21,040 nt of DNA from Candidatus Bathyarchaeum sp. (GTDB lineage: Archaea; Thermoproteota; Bathyarchaeia; Bathyarchaeales; Bathyarchaeaceae): the NCBI GenBank assembly GCA_026014495.1, contig JAOZIF010000079.1, positions 1 to 21,040 on the forward strand, read 5' to 3'. This document shows, piece after piece, positions 1 through 8,860 of this stretch. Under the pieces are notes generated by a model that worked only from the letters and a program-made list of their open reading frames with translations, made no database searches and was not told the DNA's origin. Numbering within the stretch: position 1 is the first letter of the stretch; each line of letters starts with the position of its first letter. The position numbers and the translations under genes were made by a program.

Positions 1-307
1 CTCTAGTTATTTTCATTTTTGTGCAGGGAGCCTTTTCAGCCCCATTTTTTTGATGCGGTTTACTCCCACAAAAAAGGGGGAGGAAATTTTTTTTGCTTTT
101 TATCGTTTTCAACTTTCTTTTTTCTCCTTTAAATTTATGAAGGGTTACATTGGAGTGACGATGTTTAATTTTCATCATTATTTTGATATTTATTTATGGA
201 AATTAGTTAATATGGACAATATGAACTACATTTTATAAAAAAAACAATGCAAAATTGATAATGAATACAATATATGCACGCATGTTTAGAACAGATTTAT
301 CTATGAA

Positions 308-317
308 TTATGCATAA
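308..317. promoter_or_regulatory. Perfect palindrome TTATGCATAA upstream of the Lrp pair; possible operator
   Basis: 10-bp palindrome 21 bp before the TTG at 339. The context is AT-rich, so chance is plausible. Confidence 0.3.
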
Positions 318-338
318 CAATTAATTAAGTGATACCCA

Positions 339-827
339 TTGGGGGCCATAGTTGAAATCGACGAAATTGACAAGAAAATATTACACATTTTACTAAAGGA
401 TGCACGCTCAAGACTAAAAGATATTGCCAAAGAATGTGGTATTTGTTCTGTTTCAGCGCTAAATAGAATCAAACGCCTAAAAAAGCTAGGCGTTATAAAA
501 AAAGGAACAATTTTCACTAACATGAAACAAACACTTAACGCCGTAGTAGTGGCAATTATTGGAATTGAATTGGACTGGGATCAAAAACACGACATAAGCA
601 AGTTACTTCACGAGGAAACAGATTTAATAGAACTTTCATCATGCATCGGGAAATACGATTTATGTGCTTTAGTTCAAACTAGAAGTCTGAGTGAACTGGA
701 AAAACTTACTTGCAAAGTAAAGAAAAAGTTTGGAGCAAGAAAAGTAACTAGTCTCATTTGGTCTAATGCACATCTTGATTTTGGAAACGTTGACTTACAA
801 CCCTTGGACTCGGATGAAAATGGATAA
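339..827 (+). CDS. Lrp/AsnC family transcriptional regulator
   Basis: N-terminal HTH 'IDEIDKKILHILLKDARSRLKDIAKECGICSVSALNRIKRLKKLGVI' and a C-terminal RAM-like segment 'CIGKYDLCALV'; TTG start. Confidence 0.9.
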   Translation: MGAIVEIDEIDKKILHILLKDARSRLKDIAKECGICSVSALNRIKRLKKLGVIKKGTIFTNMKQTLNAVVVAIIGIELDWDQKHDISKLLHEETDLIELSSCIGKYDLCALVQTRSLSELEKLTCKVKKKFGARKVTSLIWSNAHLDFGNVDLQPLDSDENG

Positions 828-1293
828 ACTTGACAGACTAATTCTAAGTGAGCTATTTAAAGACGCTCAGATGTCTTTTGTGAAAATCGCAAAGAAGCTG
901 GGTACTACGCCTTATACTATTAGAAAGCGATACGAAAAAATGAAGACTAAAGGAATTATCGAAGGTTGCGTTGTGGGCGTTGACCTCTCGAAATTAGGTT
1001 ACCAAGGGAAAGCTTTCGTGTGTGTAAGTCTATATCATGGCGAAGATAAACTGGAAACAGTGTCTGAAATTCTGAAAATACAGAATGTGTTTGCAGCAAA
1101 CGAACTAGTTTCACCTTACGACATACTTGTTATGGCTGCAGTCACAGATGTGAACAGTGTTCGAAAAATAATTAACAAAATCAAGAATTTACCTAAAGTC
1201 CAGCAAGTTGAAATGGTGCTAATCAATGATACTTCTTTTCCAATTCACTCCAGTTATGGCGAAATATTAAGCCGAAAAATTCTCGAAGTGTAA
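820..1293 (+). CDS. Lrp/AsnC family transcriptional regulator (second of a tandem pair)
   Basis: 'MDKLDRLILSELFKDAQMSFVKIAKKLGTTPYTIRKRYEKMKTKGII...VDLSKLGY...PYDILV'. The ORF track begins at 766; the family-typical start is ATG 820 (or 814), overlapping the upstream stop in ATGGATAA. Confidence 0.88.
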   Translation: MDKLDRLILSELFKDAQMSFVKIAKKLGTTPYTIRKRYEKMKTKGIIEGCVVGVDLSKLGYQGKAFVCVSLYHGEDKLETVSEILKIQNVFAANELVSPYDILVMAAVTDVNSVRKIINKIKNLPKVQQVEMVLINDTSFPIHSSYGEILSRKILEV

Positions 1294-1412
1294 ACCACTT
1301 GAACCTAGTTGCCACTCAAGCGTGTTTTTGTTTGCAAAAAACGTAAGATATATGAACCAAAGCTGGTGATACTTAATAACCCCCGTTTAATTTACAATAA
1401 TGAGGAAAAAAC

Positions 1413-1712
1413 ATGCCAGTCAAACGTAAATCCAGAGGCAGAGCAAAAGGAAGCAAAGGAAAAGGAGCACTTGTTCAGTGCCAAGGTTGCGGTCAGCAGG
1501 TGCCCCGCGACAAAGCCAAACGTGTATCACGGAGAATATCATTAGTTGACTCGCTCCTCTACAAAGAACTCCGCCAAAAAGGCACATACATTGCCAGTAG
1601 CACCGAAACAAGATACTACTGTATTTCATGTGCAGTGCACCGTGGCGTAGTAAACATTCGTTCTAAAAACGAGCGAAGATCAGGTCCTCCTCCAAGACGC
1701 GGAAGACGTTAA
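1413..1712 (+). CDS. rps26e: 30S ribosomal protein S26e
   Basis: 'MPVKRKSRGRAKG...VQCQGCGQQVPRDKAK...YYCISCAVHRGVVNIRS' is the S26e zinc-binding signature; GAGGA precedes the ATG. Confidence 0.96.
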   Translation: MPVKRKSRGRAKGSKGKGALVQCQGCGQQVPRDKAKRVSRRISLVDSLLYKELRQKGTYIASSTETRYYCISCAVHRGVVNIRSKNERRSGPPPRRGRR

Positions 1713-1736
1713 ACCTACCAATCTTTTCTTTTTCTT

Positions 1737-2327
1737 TCAATTCACCGCTTTGCGGAAATAAAGTGCTCGCTGAACAACAGTCAAGTTTGTTATTATAGCA
1801 AGCAGTATAATGCTCCAGTTTAAAGCATCAATCCAAAAGTAACTGATTAAACTCGCAAACACCAAGATTACTATGCGTTCTGCGCGTTCAGCTAAGCCAA
1901 CCGACTCCATTTTTACTCCTGCTGCTTCTGCTCTTGCGCGCGCGTAGCTGACCAGCATGGAACCCATGAGTGCAGCGAGTCCCCAGTGAAGGTCTGTTAG
2001 TCCTCCAAGTATAATTCCACACAGGACAACCGCGTCAGCGTATCGGTCAAGCACAGAATCAAAGAAGCCGCCAAATGTTGTTGCTTTTTTGTGGATTCTA
2101 GCTATAACTCCGTCTAATGCGTCAAATAATCCAGAAATGAGCAACAAAACAGGTGCCAGTATCAAGAGCATATGATTAACTTGCCACTGTGAATAAGCGA
2201 CAGCAGCAAGTAAAGCAAAGATTATTCCAAATACGCTTACATGATTTGGAGTTAAACCTATGTTATGAAATAGCGTGGCTGTGGATGCTAACCCATTTTG
2301 GACGCGTTGTTTTAGTTTTGTTAGCAC
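1737..2327 (-). CDS. CDP-alcohol phosphatidyltransferase, probably archaetidylinositol-phosphate synthase-like
   Basis: Family motif DxxDGxxAR...GxxxDxxxD seen as 'FDALDGVIAR...FGGFFDSVLDRYAD', plus 'SMLVSYARARAE' and 'ERAERI'. Confidence 0.92.
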   Translation of the reverse strand: MLTKLKQRVQNGLASTATLFHNIGLTPNHVSVFGIIFALLAAVAYSQWQVNHMLLILAPVLLLISGLFDALDGVIARIHKKATTFGGFFDSVLDRYADAVVLCGIILGGLTDLHWGLAALMGSMLVSYARARAEAAGVKMESVGLAERAERIVILVFASLISYFWIDALNWSIILLAIITNLTVVQRALYFRKAVN

Positions 2328-2412
2328 ATCTCATAGCCTCTAAGTTTGGTTTTGGAATTAACTATTCTTGTCACCTTAATGGTGCTCATACCATATTAAA
2401 CAGCTTCGAACA

Positions 2413-3867
2413 CTAGTACGCTACCGCAACACGTACAACATTTACTGCCTGCTCTTCGCAGACAACACATTTTCCTTCAACTTTTTCTTTGGTATCTTCA
2501 GGAAATCCTAGCAGCCTAGCCTCAACAGCCTCTTCCAAGCTGTGACCACACTCGTCCTTACCACACCACGGAACCTCAACTATACCCGCTTTGCGTTTCA
2601 GTAAGCTTTTTGCTTCACCTAAACGGTTCACCCTGTAGACTCGTTTTTTCATCCAAGCCTCAGCGTTTGTCTTCAAGTCACAGGATATTTCTTCTGCTAA
2701 TTTTTGCACACCACAAACAACATCACTTGCATTGCATGTTTGCTTCTTCAAACTGTCCCGCCTAACAAGCGTCACAACCCCGTTGGCTAAGTCTCTTGGG
2801 CCAATCTCAACGCGGATGGGAACACCCCGAAGCTCCCAGTAATAGAACTTGTTTCCTGGCGTCAACTCGCTTCGCAAATCTAGCTCAACACAAAAACCAG
2901 CTTTTCGTAACGTGTCTGCAACATCTGAGCAGGCTTGGTTTACCTCTTCTTCTTTTCCTTTGTAAGGAACAGGAACAACCGCAACCTGTATTGGTGCGAT
3001 TCTCGGAGGCAAAACAATACCGTTGTCGTCTCCGTGGGCAATCAGAACAGCTGCGATTCCTCTTCCAGAAATTCCGTAACTGGTAGTCCAAATGTGCTCT
3101 TGGTTGCCTTCCTTTGTTTCGTAGGTTATGTCGAAAGCTTTAGCAAAGTTCTGCCCAAGATTATGCACAGTTCCAATCTGCAAAACCCTGCCGTCAGGAC
3201 ACAGCAAATCAAAAGCTGTTGTATACAATGCTCCAGCAAACTTGTCCCATTCAGGTCTACGAGAAACAACGTATGGAACCCCAACAGAATCAAAAAACTG
3301 CTTGTAGAGCCCAATAGCATCTTGCACCTGCTTTTCTGCCTCCTCTCCTGTTGTGTGGCATGTATGAGCTTCCTTGAATGTAGCAACTTCACGCATTCTT
3401 ATGATGGGACGAGTTGCCTTTGTTTCATGACGAAAAACGTTCACAACCTGATACATTTTCATTGGCAGGTCCGCGTGTGAGCGAATCCAAAGCTTAAGCA
3501 TAGGCGCAATAACTGTCTCGCTTGTGGGACGCAACGCATATCTGACCTTTAGTTTGTCGTATCCACCATGTGTTACCCAGAAACATTCGCCTTCAAAGCT
3601 TTTCACGTGTGCAGCTTCTTGGGCTAGGGAAGTTTCGGGAATCAAGAGCGGAAACAGTGTTTCGTCGTGTCCTGTATTATCCAGTAAATCGCGTATAATC
3701 TGAAGAACATTTTTTCGTATCTTAAAACCGTAAGGCATCCAAACTCCAGAGCCCTTGATGGGATATCTGTAATCCATTATTCCCGCGTTTATCAAAACAT
3801 CGCGGAACCACTCGCCAAAGTCTTCGTTCCATTTCTGTCTTTTTACAGGCAAACCTTGCACCTTCAA
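2413..3867 (-). CDS. proS: Proline--tRNA ligase, archaeal/eukaryotic type
   Basis: 'LRPTSET', 'FRHETKATRPIIRMREV', 'QIGTVHNLGQNFAKAF', 'TSYGISGR', anticodon-binding 'GVPIRVEIGPRDL' and a C-terminal Cys cluster. The exact start (TTG 3867 or slightly downstream) is uncertain. Confidence 0.97.
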   Translation of the reverse strand: MKVQGLPVKRQKWNEDFGEWFRDVLINAGIMDYRYPIKGSGVWMPYGFKIRKNVLQIIRDLLDNTGHDETLFPLLIPETSLAQEAAHVKSFEGECFWVTHGGYDKLKVRYALRPTSETVIAPMLKLWIRSHADLPMKMYQVVNVFRHETKATRPIIRMREVATFKEAHTCHTTGEEAEKQVQDAIGLYKQFFDSVGVPYVVSRRPEWDKFAGALYTTAFDLLCPDGRVLQIGTVHNLGQNFAKAFDITYETKEGNQEHIWTTSYGISGRGIAAVLIAHGDDNGIVLPPRIAPIQVAVVPVPYKGKEEEVNQACSDVADTLRKAGFCVELDLRSELTPGNKFYYWELRGVPIRVEIGPRDLANGVVTLVRRDSLKKQTCNASDVVCGVQKLAEEISCDLKTNAEAWMKKRVYRVNRLGEAKSLLKRKAGIVEVPWCGKDECGHSLEEAVEARLLGFPEDTKEKVEGKCVVCEEQAVNVVRVAVAY

Positions 3868-3912
3868 CTGTATTGCTGTATAATGTGACCTCTAATTAAA
3901 AACTGATGGATA

Positions 3913-5784
3913 TTAGGATATTGCGCAAAGTTTGTTTGCAGCCCAGCCAATATCCAACTCTTCTAATGCACTCTTTTTTGGTACTCCCTGCTCGGTCCAG
4001 CCCATCATCTCGTAGTAAAGAAGCTTTGCATTCTGCAAATCTTTGGCATTCACGGCAGTATCACTTAATGTGCCAGATGTTCTAGGTTTGAAGAATCTGG
4101 GCGGAAGCCAATCATCCTTTTCTGTGAAGCCTTCACGTAAGTTGAAGATTCTTGCAAGTGTGTTTCCTCGTTCCACGACTTTCATTAACTCAAAGGCTGT
4201 GGTGTTCCATCCAGTAACAGCGCGCACAATCTCAACTTTTTGTACCACATTCCATGGCGTAAACAGGCAAGTTACAAGAAAATTGTTAAGGGTACGCCAC
4301 TCGCCAACATACTTGTAGAGCCGAACCTTTTTTGGTCCAAAATCTTCTACTGGAACCGCTTCTAGGACGCCTAGACTGTTGTAGCTTTTGGGTAGCATAG
4401 GATACAAGAACGTGTCATGAATGTTGTGAACATGGTCTGCGCCTGTAGGAGAAACTGCGTATCCTAGGGCTTCGCCTCTTTTCAGTCTGGGGTCATGCAT
4501 GGGAACTTCTTGTCCCTTAACGTGAACTGCAAACTCTTCAGCCCCCTTTCCTATCTTTTGGGCAGCACGTTTTGTGCCCTCAGCCAACAATGCTCCTAAG
4601 CCCTGTTTTTCGCCAATTAGCTCAACCATTTTGAGCATAGCTTCTGCGTTTCCGAAACTTAGGTCTATGCCGTCTGTTTCCTTTGTTGTAAGTAAGCCCT
4701 GCTCAAAGCATTCCATGGCAAAACTGATTGTAGTCCCAGTGCTTATCGTGTCTATGCTGTATCTTTGGCACAACTCGTTTGCTTTACACACTGCCTTTAG
4801 GTCAGACACTCCACAGTTGGAACCCAAAGAAGCCAAAGTTTCATACTCTGGTCCGCCATACTCTGGGTCTACAGTCCATGGCTCAGTTACTTTGACCTCT
4901 TTTTTGCATGCAACAGCGCAAGCAAAACAGCTTCCCATACCAACACCGACAGTGTTCTTCATTGCCTCAGCAGAAATACTGTCAACCTCTGGAAAGTCGC
5001 CGTCCCTGAAGTTGCGAATCGGAAGATTACCCACCTCTACGCCAACATCCATTTCAGCGCCTGTTCCATACGTATGCAAAACGCGGGCAACACTATCCAC
5101 GTTTTGTGCCATCCAGCTTGCAAGTTTTGCTAGCCTTTTTGGTTTACTAACTGGAACTTTTGTGGTTCCTTTAATTGCAACCGCTTTGAGGTTTTTGGAG
5201 CCCATAACTGCTCCCATTCCGCCTCGACCAGCAGCGTGGTTCAGGTCATTTATTACACAGGCGTATCTGACCTGTTTTTCTCCGCCTGGACCAATCTGAG
5301 CAACTTTAACCGTTTTGTCGCCTAAATCTTTTCTAATCATTTCCTGTGTTTTCTTGATTTCAAGCCCCCACAATTTGGAAGCGTCTCTAATTTCCACTTT
5401 CTGGTCGCTAATCCACAAGTACACTGGGCTGGAAGCTTTGCCTTCAACAATTATGGCGTCTAATCCTGCCCGTTTTAGTTCTGCGCCCCAGTATCCTCCT
5501 GCTTCGGCTTCTCCGTATGCTCCTGTGAGGGGCGACTTTGCTCCTACGCTGTTGCGCCCACTGCCGCTGAAGGGTGCGCCAGTTACGGGTCCACCTGCGA
5601 AAATTAGTTTGTTATCTGAGCTAAGAGGGTCAGTTTTTGGTTTTAGTTCATTGAGCAGAATGTATGAGATTAGTCCTCTGCCTCCGAAATAGCGGCGGTA
5701 AAGTGTTTCTTCTAGTGTCTCAAATGATGTTTTCTGGTTGTTTAGGTTCACGCGTAAGATTTTGCCTGTAAAACCGTTTTTCAT
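3913..5784 (-). CDS. aor: Tungsten-dependent aldehyde:ferredoxin oxidoreductase family protein
   Basis: 'GFTGKILRVNL', 'KSPLTG', 'AAGRGGMGAVMGSKNLKA', 4Fe-4S motif 'CFACAVAC', 'PEYETL', 'GADH' and a late Cys in 'TCLF'. Confidence 0.95.
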   Translation of the reverse strand: MKNGFTGKILRVNLNNQKTSFETLEETLYRRYFGGRGLISYILLNELKPKTDPLSSDNKLIFAGGPVTGAPFSGSGRNSVGAKSPLTGAYGEAEAGGYWGAELKRAGLDAIIVEGKASSPVYLWISDQKVEIRDASKLWGLEIKKTQEMIRKDLGDKTVKVAQIGPGGEKQVRYACVINDLNHAAGRGGMGAVMGSKNLKAVAIKGTTKVPVSKPKRLAKLASWMAQNVDSVARVLHTYGTGAEMDVGVEVGNLPIRNFRDGDFPEVDSISAEAMKNTVGVGMGSCFACAVACKKEVKVTEPWTVDPEYGGPEYETLASLGSNCGVSDLKAVCKANELCQRYSIDTISTGTTISFAMECFEQGLLTTKETDGIDLSFGNAEAMLKMVELIGEKQGLGALLAEGTKRAAQKIGKGAEEFAVHVKGQEVPMHDPRLKRGEALGYAVSPTGADHVHNIHDTFLYPMLPKSYNSLGVLEAVPVEDFGPKKVRLYKYVGEWRTLNNFLVTCLFTPWNVVQKVEIVRAVTGWNTTAFELMKVVERGNTLARIFNLREGFTEKDDWLPPRFFKPRTSGTLSDTAVNAKDLQNAKLLYYEMMGWTEQGVPKKSALEELDIGWAANKLCAIS

Positions 5785-5935
5785 TATGTATCATCATTGA
5801 TTTTCTCGGCAAGCCTATTAAATTCTTACATTTTCTAAAAAATCGGCGACATGGTTGCATTTTCAGTTATCATAAATTTTAGATATGTTTATATCGCCGC
5901 CTTGAAGTTGCTATGAGAACTACGGTGGAATCTTC

Positions 5936-6886
5936 GTGGAAACTTTAGTATTAAGCATCCTCGCATTGGCTCTGAGCCTAGTGATACTCTACTGGGGCTC
6001 CAAACGAGTGGTTAAGGGTGCTTCTGGTCTATCTTCTTGCTTAAACATAAGCAGAGTCGTTGTGGGAACAGTTTTTGTGGCATTTGTGACCGCTTTGCCT
6101 GAACTATTAAGTTCCCTGTTCGCCGTAGGTTTAGGGTCATCCCATTTAGCTTTGGGAAACATCATTGGCTCTAACATCTACAATATTCCGCTCATTATAG
6201 GAATCTGTGGATTAGTAGGCGGCGGAATCACACTAAAGAATTCCACAATAAACAAAGAATGCATCTTCATGATTGGCTTAAGCGTATTGATGATTACTCT
6301 ACTTGCTGTAATTGGCAGTGTAACTTGGTGGATGGGCGCAATTTTCGTTTCATTTTATCCAATATTCGTTTACTACTCTATACGAAATGGAACTTGTAGT
6401 GCCGCTGAGGAATGCAAAGGACCTAAACCAAGCGGAAAAGCCATAATCAAAGACATCTTGTTAGGTGGCGGCGCTCTAGTAGTCAGCACATTTATGTTGG
6501 TATACAGCGCCCTTAACATATCCACAATTTTTGGTTTAGACCCATTTTTTGTTGGACTTACAGTAGTTGCGCTTGGTTGTGTTGTTCCAGAAGTAGCAGT
6601 TTCTGTGGCTGCAACTCTTGCTGGTGAACAGGACATAACAATTGGCAACGTAATAGGTGATAACATGCTAACACTTACTCTTGTGTTTGGGTCTGTTGCC
6701 TTAACATCATCGTTTAGTGTCTCATTATCTGAACTTTTGTATACCGCACCCTTCATGGTTATTGCAACACTCTTGCTCTTTACAATGAACAAACTAGGTC
6801 ACAACGTCAATAGAGCTTGGGGAGTTATGATGCTATCAACAGCCGTTTTAGCATTTGTTTTCCAAACTTCATTCTCTATCGTGTAG
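5936..6886 (+). CDS. Sodium/calcium exchanger (CaCA, YrbG/NCX_Mj-like) membrane protein
   Basis: About 10 hydrophobic segments with two alpha repeats, 'TALPEL...GNIIGSNIYN' and 'GCVVPEV...GNVIGDNMLT'. Confidence 0.88.
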   Translation: METLVLSILALALSLVILYWGSKRVVKGASGLSSCLNISRVVVGTVFVAFVTALPELLSSLFAVGLGSSHLALGNIIGSNIYNIPLIIGICGLVGGGITLKNSTINKECIFMIGLSVLMITLLAVIGSVTWWMGAIFVSFYPIFVYYSIRNGTCSAAEECKGPKPSGKAIIKDILLGGGALVVSTFMLVYSALNISTIFGLDPFFVGLTVVALGCVVPEVAVSVAATLAGEQDITIGNVIGDNMLTLTLVFGSVALTSSFSVSLSELLYTAPFMVIATLLLFTMNKLGHNVNRAWGVMMLSTAVLAFVFQTSFSIV

Positions 6887-7037
6887 CACAAAAGAGTTGA
6901 TTTTTACGAAACTTGGCTTTGTTTAGTCAAGAGTTTCTTTTTTTCGCAGGTGTTTTCGAAAAAAGTTAAAACATCCTTTGATAACATGAATGCCAGATAA
7001 CCCTGTTGGAGAGAGCGGCTGTTTGTTTGAAGATTGG

Positions 7038-7616
7038 ATGATGGAGTTTGCGCTTCAGTTTGGTTATTTTGGTGTGTTCTTAATAAGTTTCATTGGTTCT
7101 GTATCGGTCATCTTTCCGATACCCTACACGCTTGTAATTTTTGCTTTGGGTAGTGTTTTAGATCCACTTTTTGTCGCAATCAGTGGTGGATTAGGTGCTG
7201 CTTTGGGGGAAATGTCTGGGTATGCGCTTGGTTACTATGGACGATCAGTAGTTAGTAAGGAACGCCAAAAGAAGATGGATTATATGGTGAAACTATTTGA
7301 TAAATATGGGTCCGCAGCAATCTTTCTTTTTGCGCTAACGCCATTGCCTGATGATTTGCTTTTCATTCCGTTGGGTGTTATGCGTTACCCGTTCTGGAAG
7401 GCGTTTGTGCCTTCCCTTTTTGGTAAGATATTGATGACTTTTGTTTTGGCGTATAGTGGTCAACAGGCTATTGACTTAATTTTGACTGCGTTTGGAGGCT
7501 CTGGGTTGTTGGGAATGGTTGTTACGTCTGCTTTGCTGGTTGTTGTGATTGTGGCGATGATTAAGATTGATTGGGAGAAGCTTTTTGAGAAGCATGTTGG
7601 CGCAAAAGTTGAATAG
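7038..7616 (+). CDS. DedA/VTT (SNARE-associated) family membrane protein
   Basis: 'FGYFGVFLIS...IFPIPY', 'GAALGEMSGYALG', 'LFALTPLPDD'. The ORF track starts at 6990; ATG 7038 or 7041 is more plausible. Confidence 0.85.
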   Translation: MMEFALQFGYFGVFLISFIGSVSVIFPIPYTLVIFALGSVLDPLFVAISGGLGAALGEMSGYALGYYGRSVVSKERQKKMDYMVKLFDKYGSAAIFLFALTPLPDDLLFIPLGVMRYPFWKAFVPSLFGKILMTFVLAYSGQQAIDLILTAFGGSGLLGMVVTSALLVVVIVAMIKIDWEKLFEKHVGAKVE

Positions 7617-7788
7617 AAACTACAATTTTAGATGATAAACATTAAGTGCTGTAATATGCAAAGTTTAACCCTCCTTGTATAATATAGATTTGACCTGTGG
7701 TCAAAGTAGCGTCCTTGTAAGCCAACACCACCATAAAACCCTTAAATATTTGCACACTCCTCCCACTCCTGTTTGGCTGGTGGAAATT

Positions 7789-7977
7789 GTGGTAAACGCA
7801 GCAAAAGGAAGACTCTTCAAAAGAAAAGACGACAAATATCTAATCTACGTACCCGTAGACTTAGCTGAAGACAGCATGTTCCCGTTCCAAACGAAATCTT
7901 CAGTTCCAGTAAAAATCAGCTTCGATATAGGAAACAAAGAACTCAAGATACAAAAATGGAACGAGGAAACCGACTAA
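7789..7977 (+). CDS. Small hypothetical protein (62 aa), possibly AbrB/SpoVT-like swapped hairpin
   Basis: GTG 7789 is preceded by a GGTGG SD-like motif and a TATA-like CTTAAATA at 7741-7748. The sequence 'GRLFKRKDDKYLIYVPVDLAEDSMFPF...VKISF...ELKIQK' has beta-beta-alpha-beta-beta spacing; the fold is inferred. Confidence 0.65.
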   Translation: MVNAAKGRLFKRKDDKYLIYVPVDLAEDSMFPFQTKSSVPVKISFDIGNKELKIQKWNEETD

Positions 7978-8001
7978 ACTGCAGGCAAGCATAATCACGC
8001 C

Positions 8002-8015
8002 TTTTTTTAAAAAAA
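8002..8015. terminator. T7A7 tract between convergent genes; candidate bidirectional archaeal terminator
   Basis: TTTTTTTAAAAAAA gives an oligo-T run on both strands, 25 bp after the stop at 7977. Confidence 0.45.
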
Positions 8016-8138
8016 TATGCGCTTAATTTATTTTCTGCAGAACAGATTTTATGCTAAAATATTTTTTAGGCCCCGACAAAAAACGAGGCACCAGAAAGTT
8101 ATGAGTAACTGCTACACACTTAGTATCTAACTGTTTAC

Positions 8139-8465
8139 TTAGAATGGGGCTTGCGGTTTTTCGTATGGCAATTCAAGTGCTGACACTTCTAGTTCGTCGA
8201 ACACGTGGAGTGCATTGTTTATTTCTTTGACGTTTCGCAGCGCCGTTAATCCCATTTCTGTGATGGCATAGACTTTTCGTGTTTGCTTTCTTCTGTTAAT
8301 TGATTGTTCTTTGATTAGATTACGATCCATTAGAAAATCTAGGCACTCTTTTAGTGCGCTGCAGTTTACGTTAGCCTTGTATGTAATATGGGTCGGCTTG
8401 AGTTTTCCATGATATGCCAGAGCCCGAAGAATTGATATGTGAATTTCTAATTTTGAGCGTCTCAT
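8139..8465 (-). CDS. Winged helix-turn-helix predicted transcriptional regulator
   Basis: 'MRRSKLEIHISILRAL...KPTHITYKANVNCSALKECLDFLMDRNLI...YAITEMG' is a typical archaeal RRSxxEI-type wHTH. Confidence 0.88.
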   Translation of the reverse strand: MRRSKLEIHISILRALAYHGKLKPTHITYKANVNCSALKECLDFLMDRNLIKEQSINRRKQTRKVYAITEMGLTALRNVKEINNALHVFDELEVSALELPYEKPQAPF

Positions 8466-8860
8466 GAGCTTTTAACCAAGCCTATATACGCACGAATAGT
8501 TTATATCCTTTGAGAAGTGAAAATAAGAATCAACGTATGATTTTACCAATTAGCATTAACTCATAATACAGTTTCTATTGAGTAAAGATAAGTAGTATTC
8601 ATATTAATTCACATCGTATAGAGACACTAAACTAACACACAAAACATGTTACTTTCTAATTGATTTAGCCATCGATAACACTTAGATTATTCACTATGTC
8701 ACTTCTCTTCACCATTCAGTAACGATAAATTTGATACGCACCAACAGCCAATTATCCACCATAAAACTGCTACACAAACCTCAAGATCAATCAAAATATG
8801 CAACAAAACAACAACAGTTTCCAGAAAACCTTAATTCACTGTTATTCATCAAAATATCAA

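Noticed and set aside
50-238. 62-aa Phe-rich ORF
   Set aside because: It derives from T-rich intergenic sequence with no motif.
1309-1629. ORFs 1309-1545 (+) and 1420-1629 (-)
   Set aside because: They overlap rps26e in other frames and have no recognisable features.
4043-5692. Long antisense ORFs inside aor (4043-4318, 4574-5299, 5315-5692)
   Set aside because: They lie wholly opposite a well-supported gene, with S/T/P-rich shadow composition and no motifs.
288-8049. Shared intergenic 11-mer AGAACAGATTT at 288-298 and 8039-8049
   Set aside because: Chance 11-mer matches are expected in 21 kb of AT-rich DNA; it is not palindromic and has no consistent promoter position.
8466-8860. Replication origin or C/D-box sRNA in the 395-bp AT-rich intergenic region
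   Set aside because: No ORB-like repeats and no cdc6 nearby. The minus-strand TGATGA and CTGA are about 130 nt apart, too far for a typical archaeal guide RNA.
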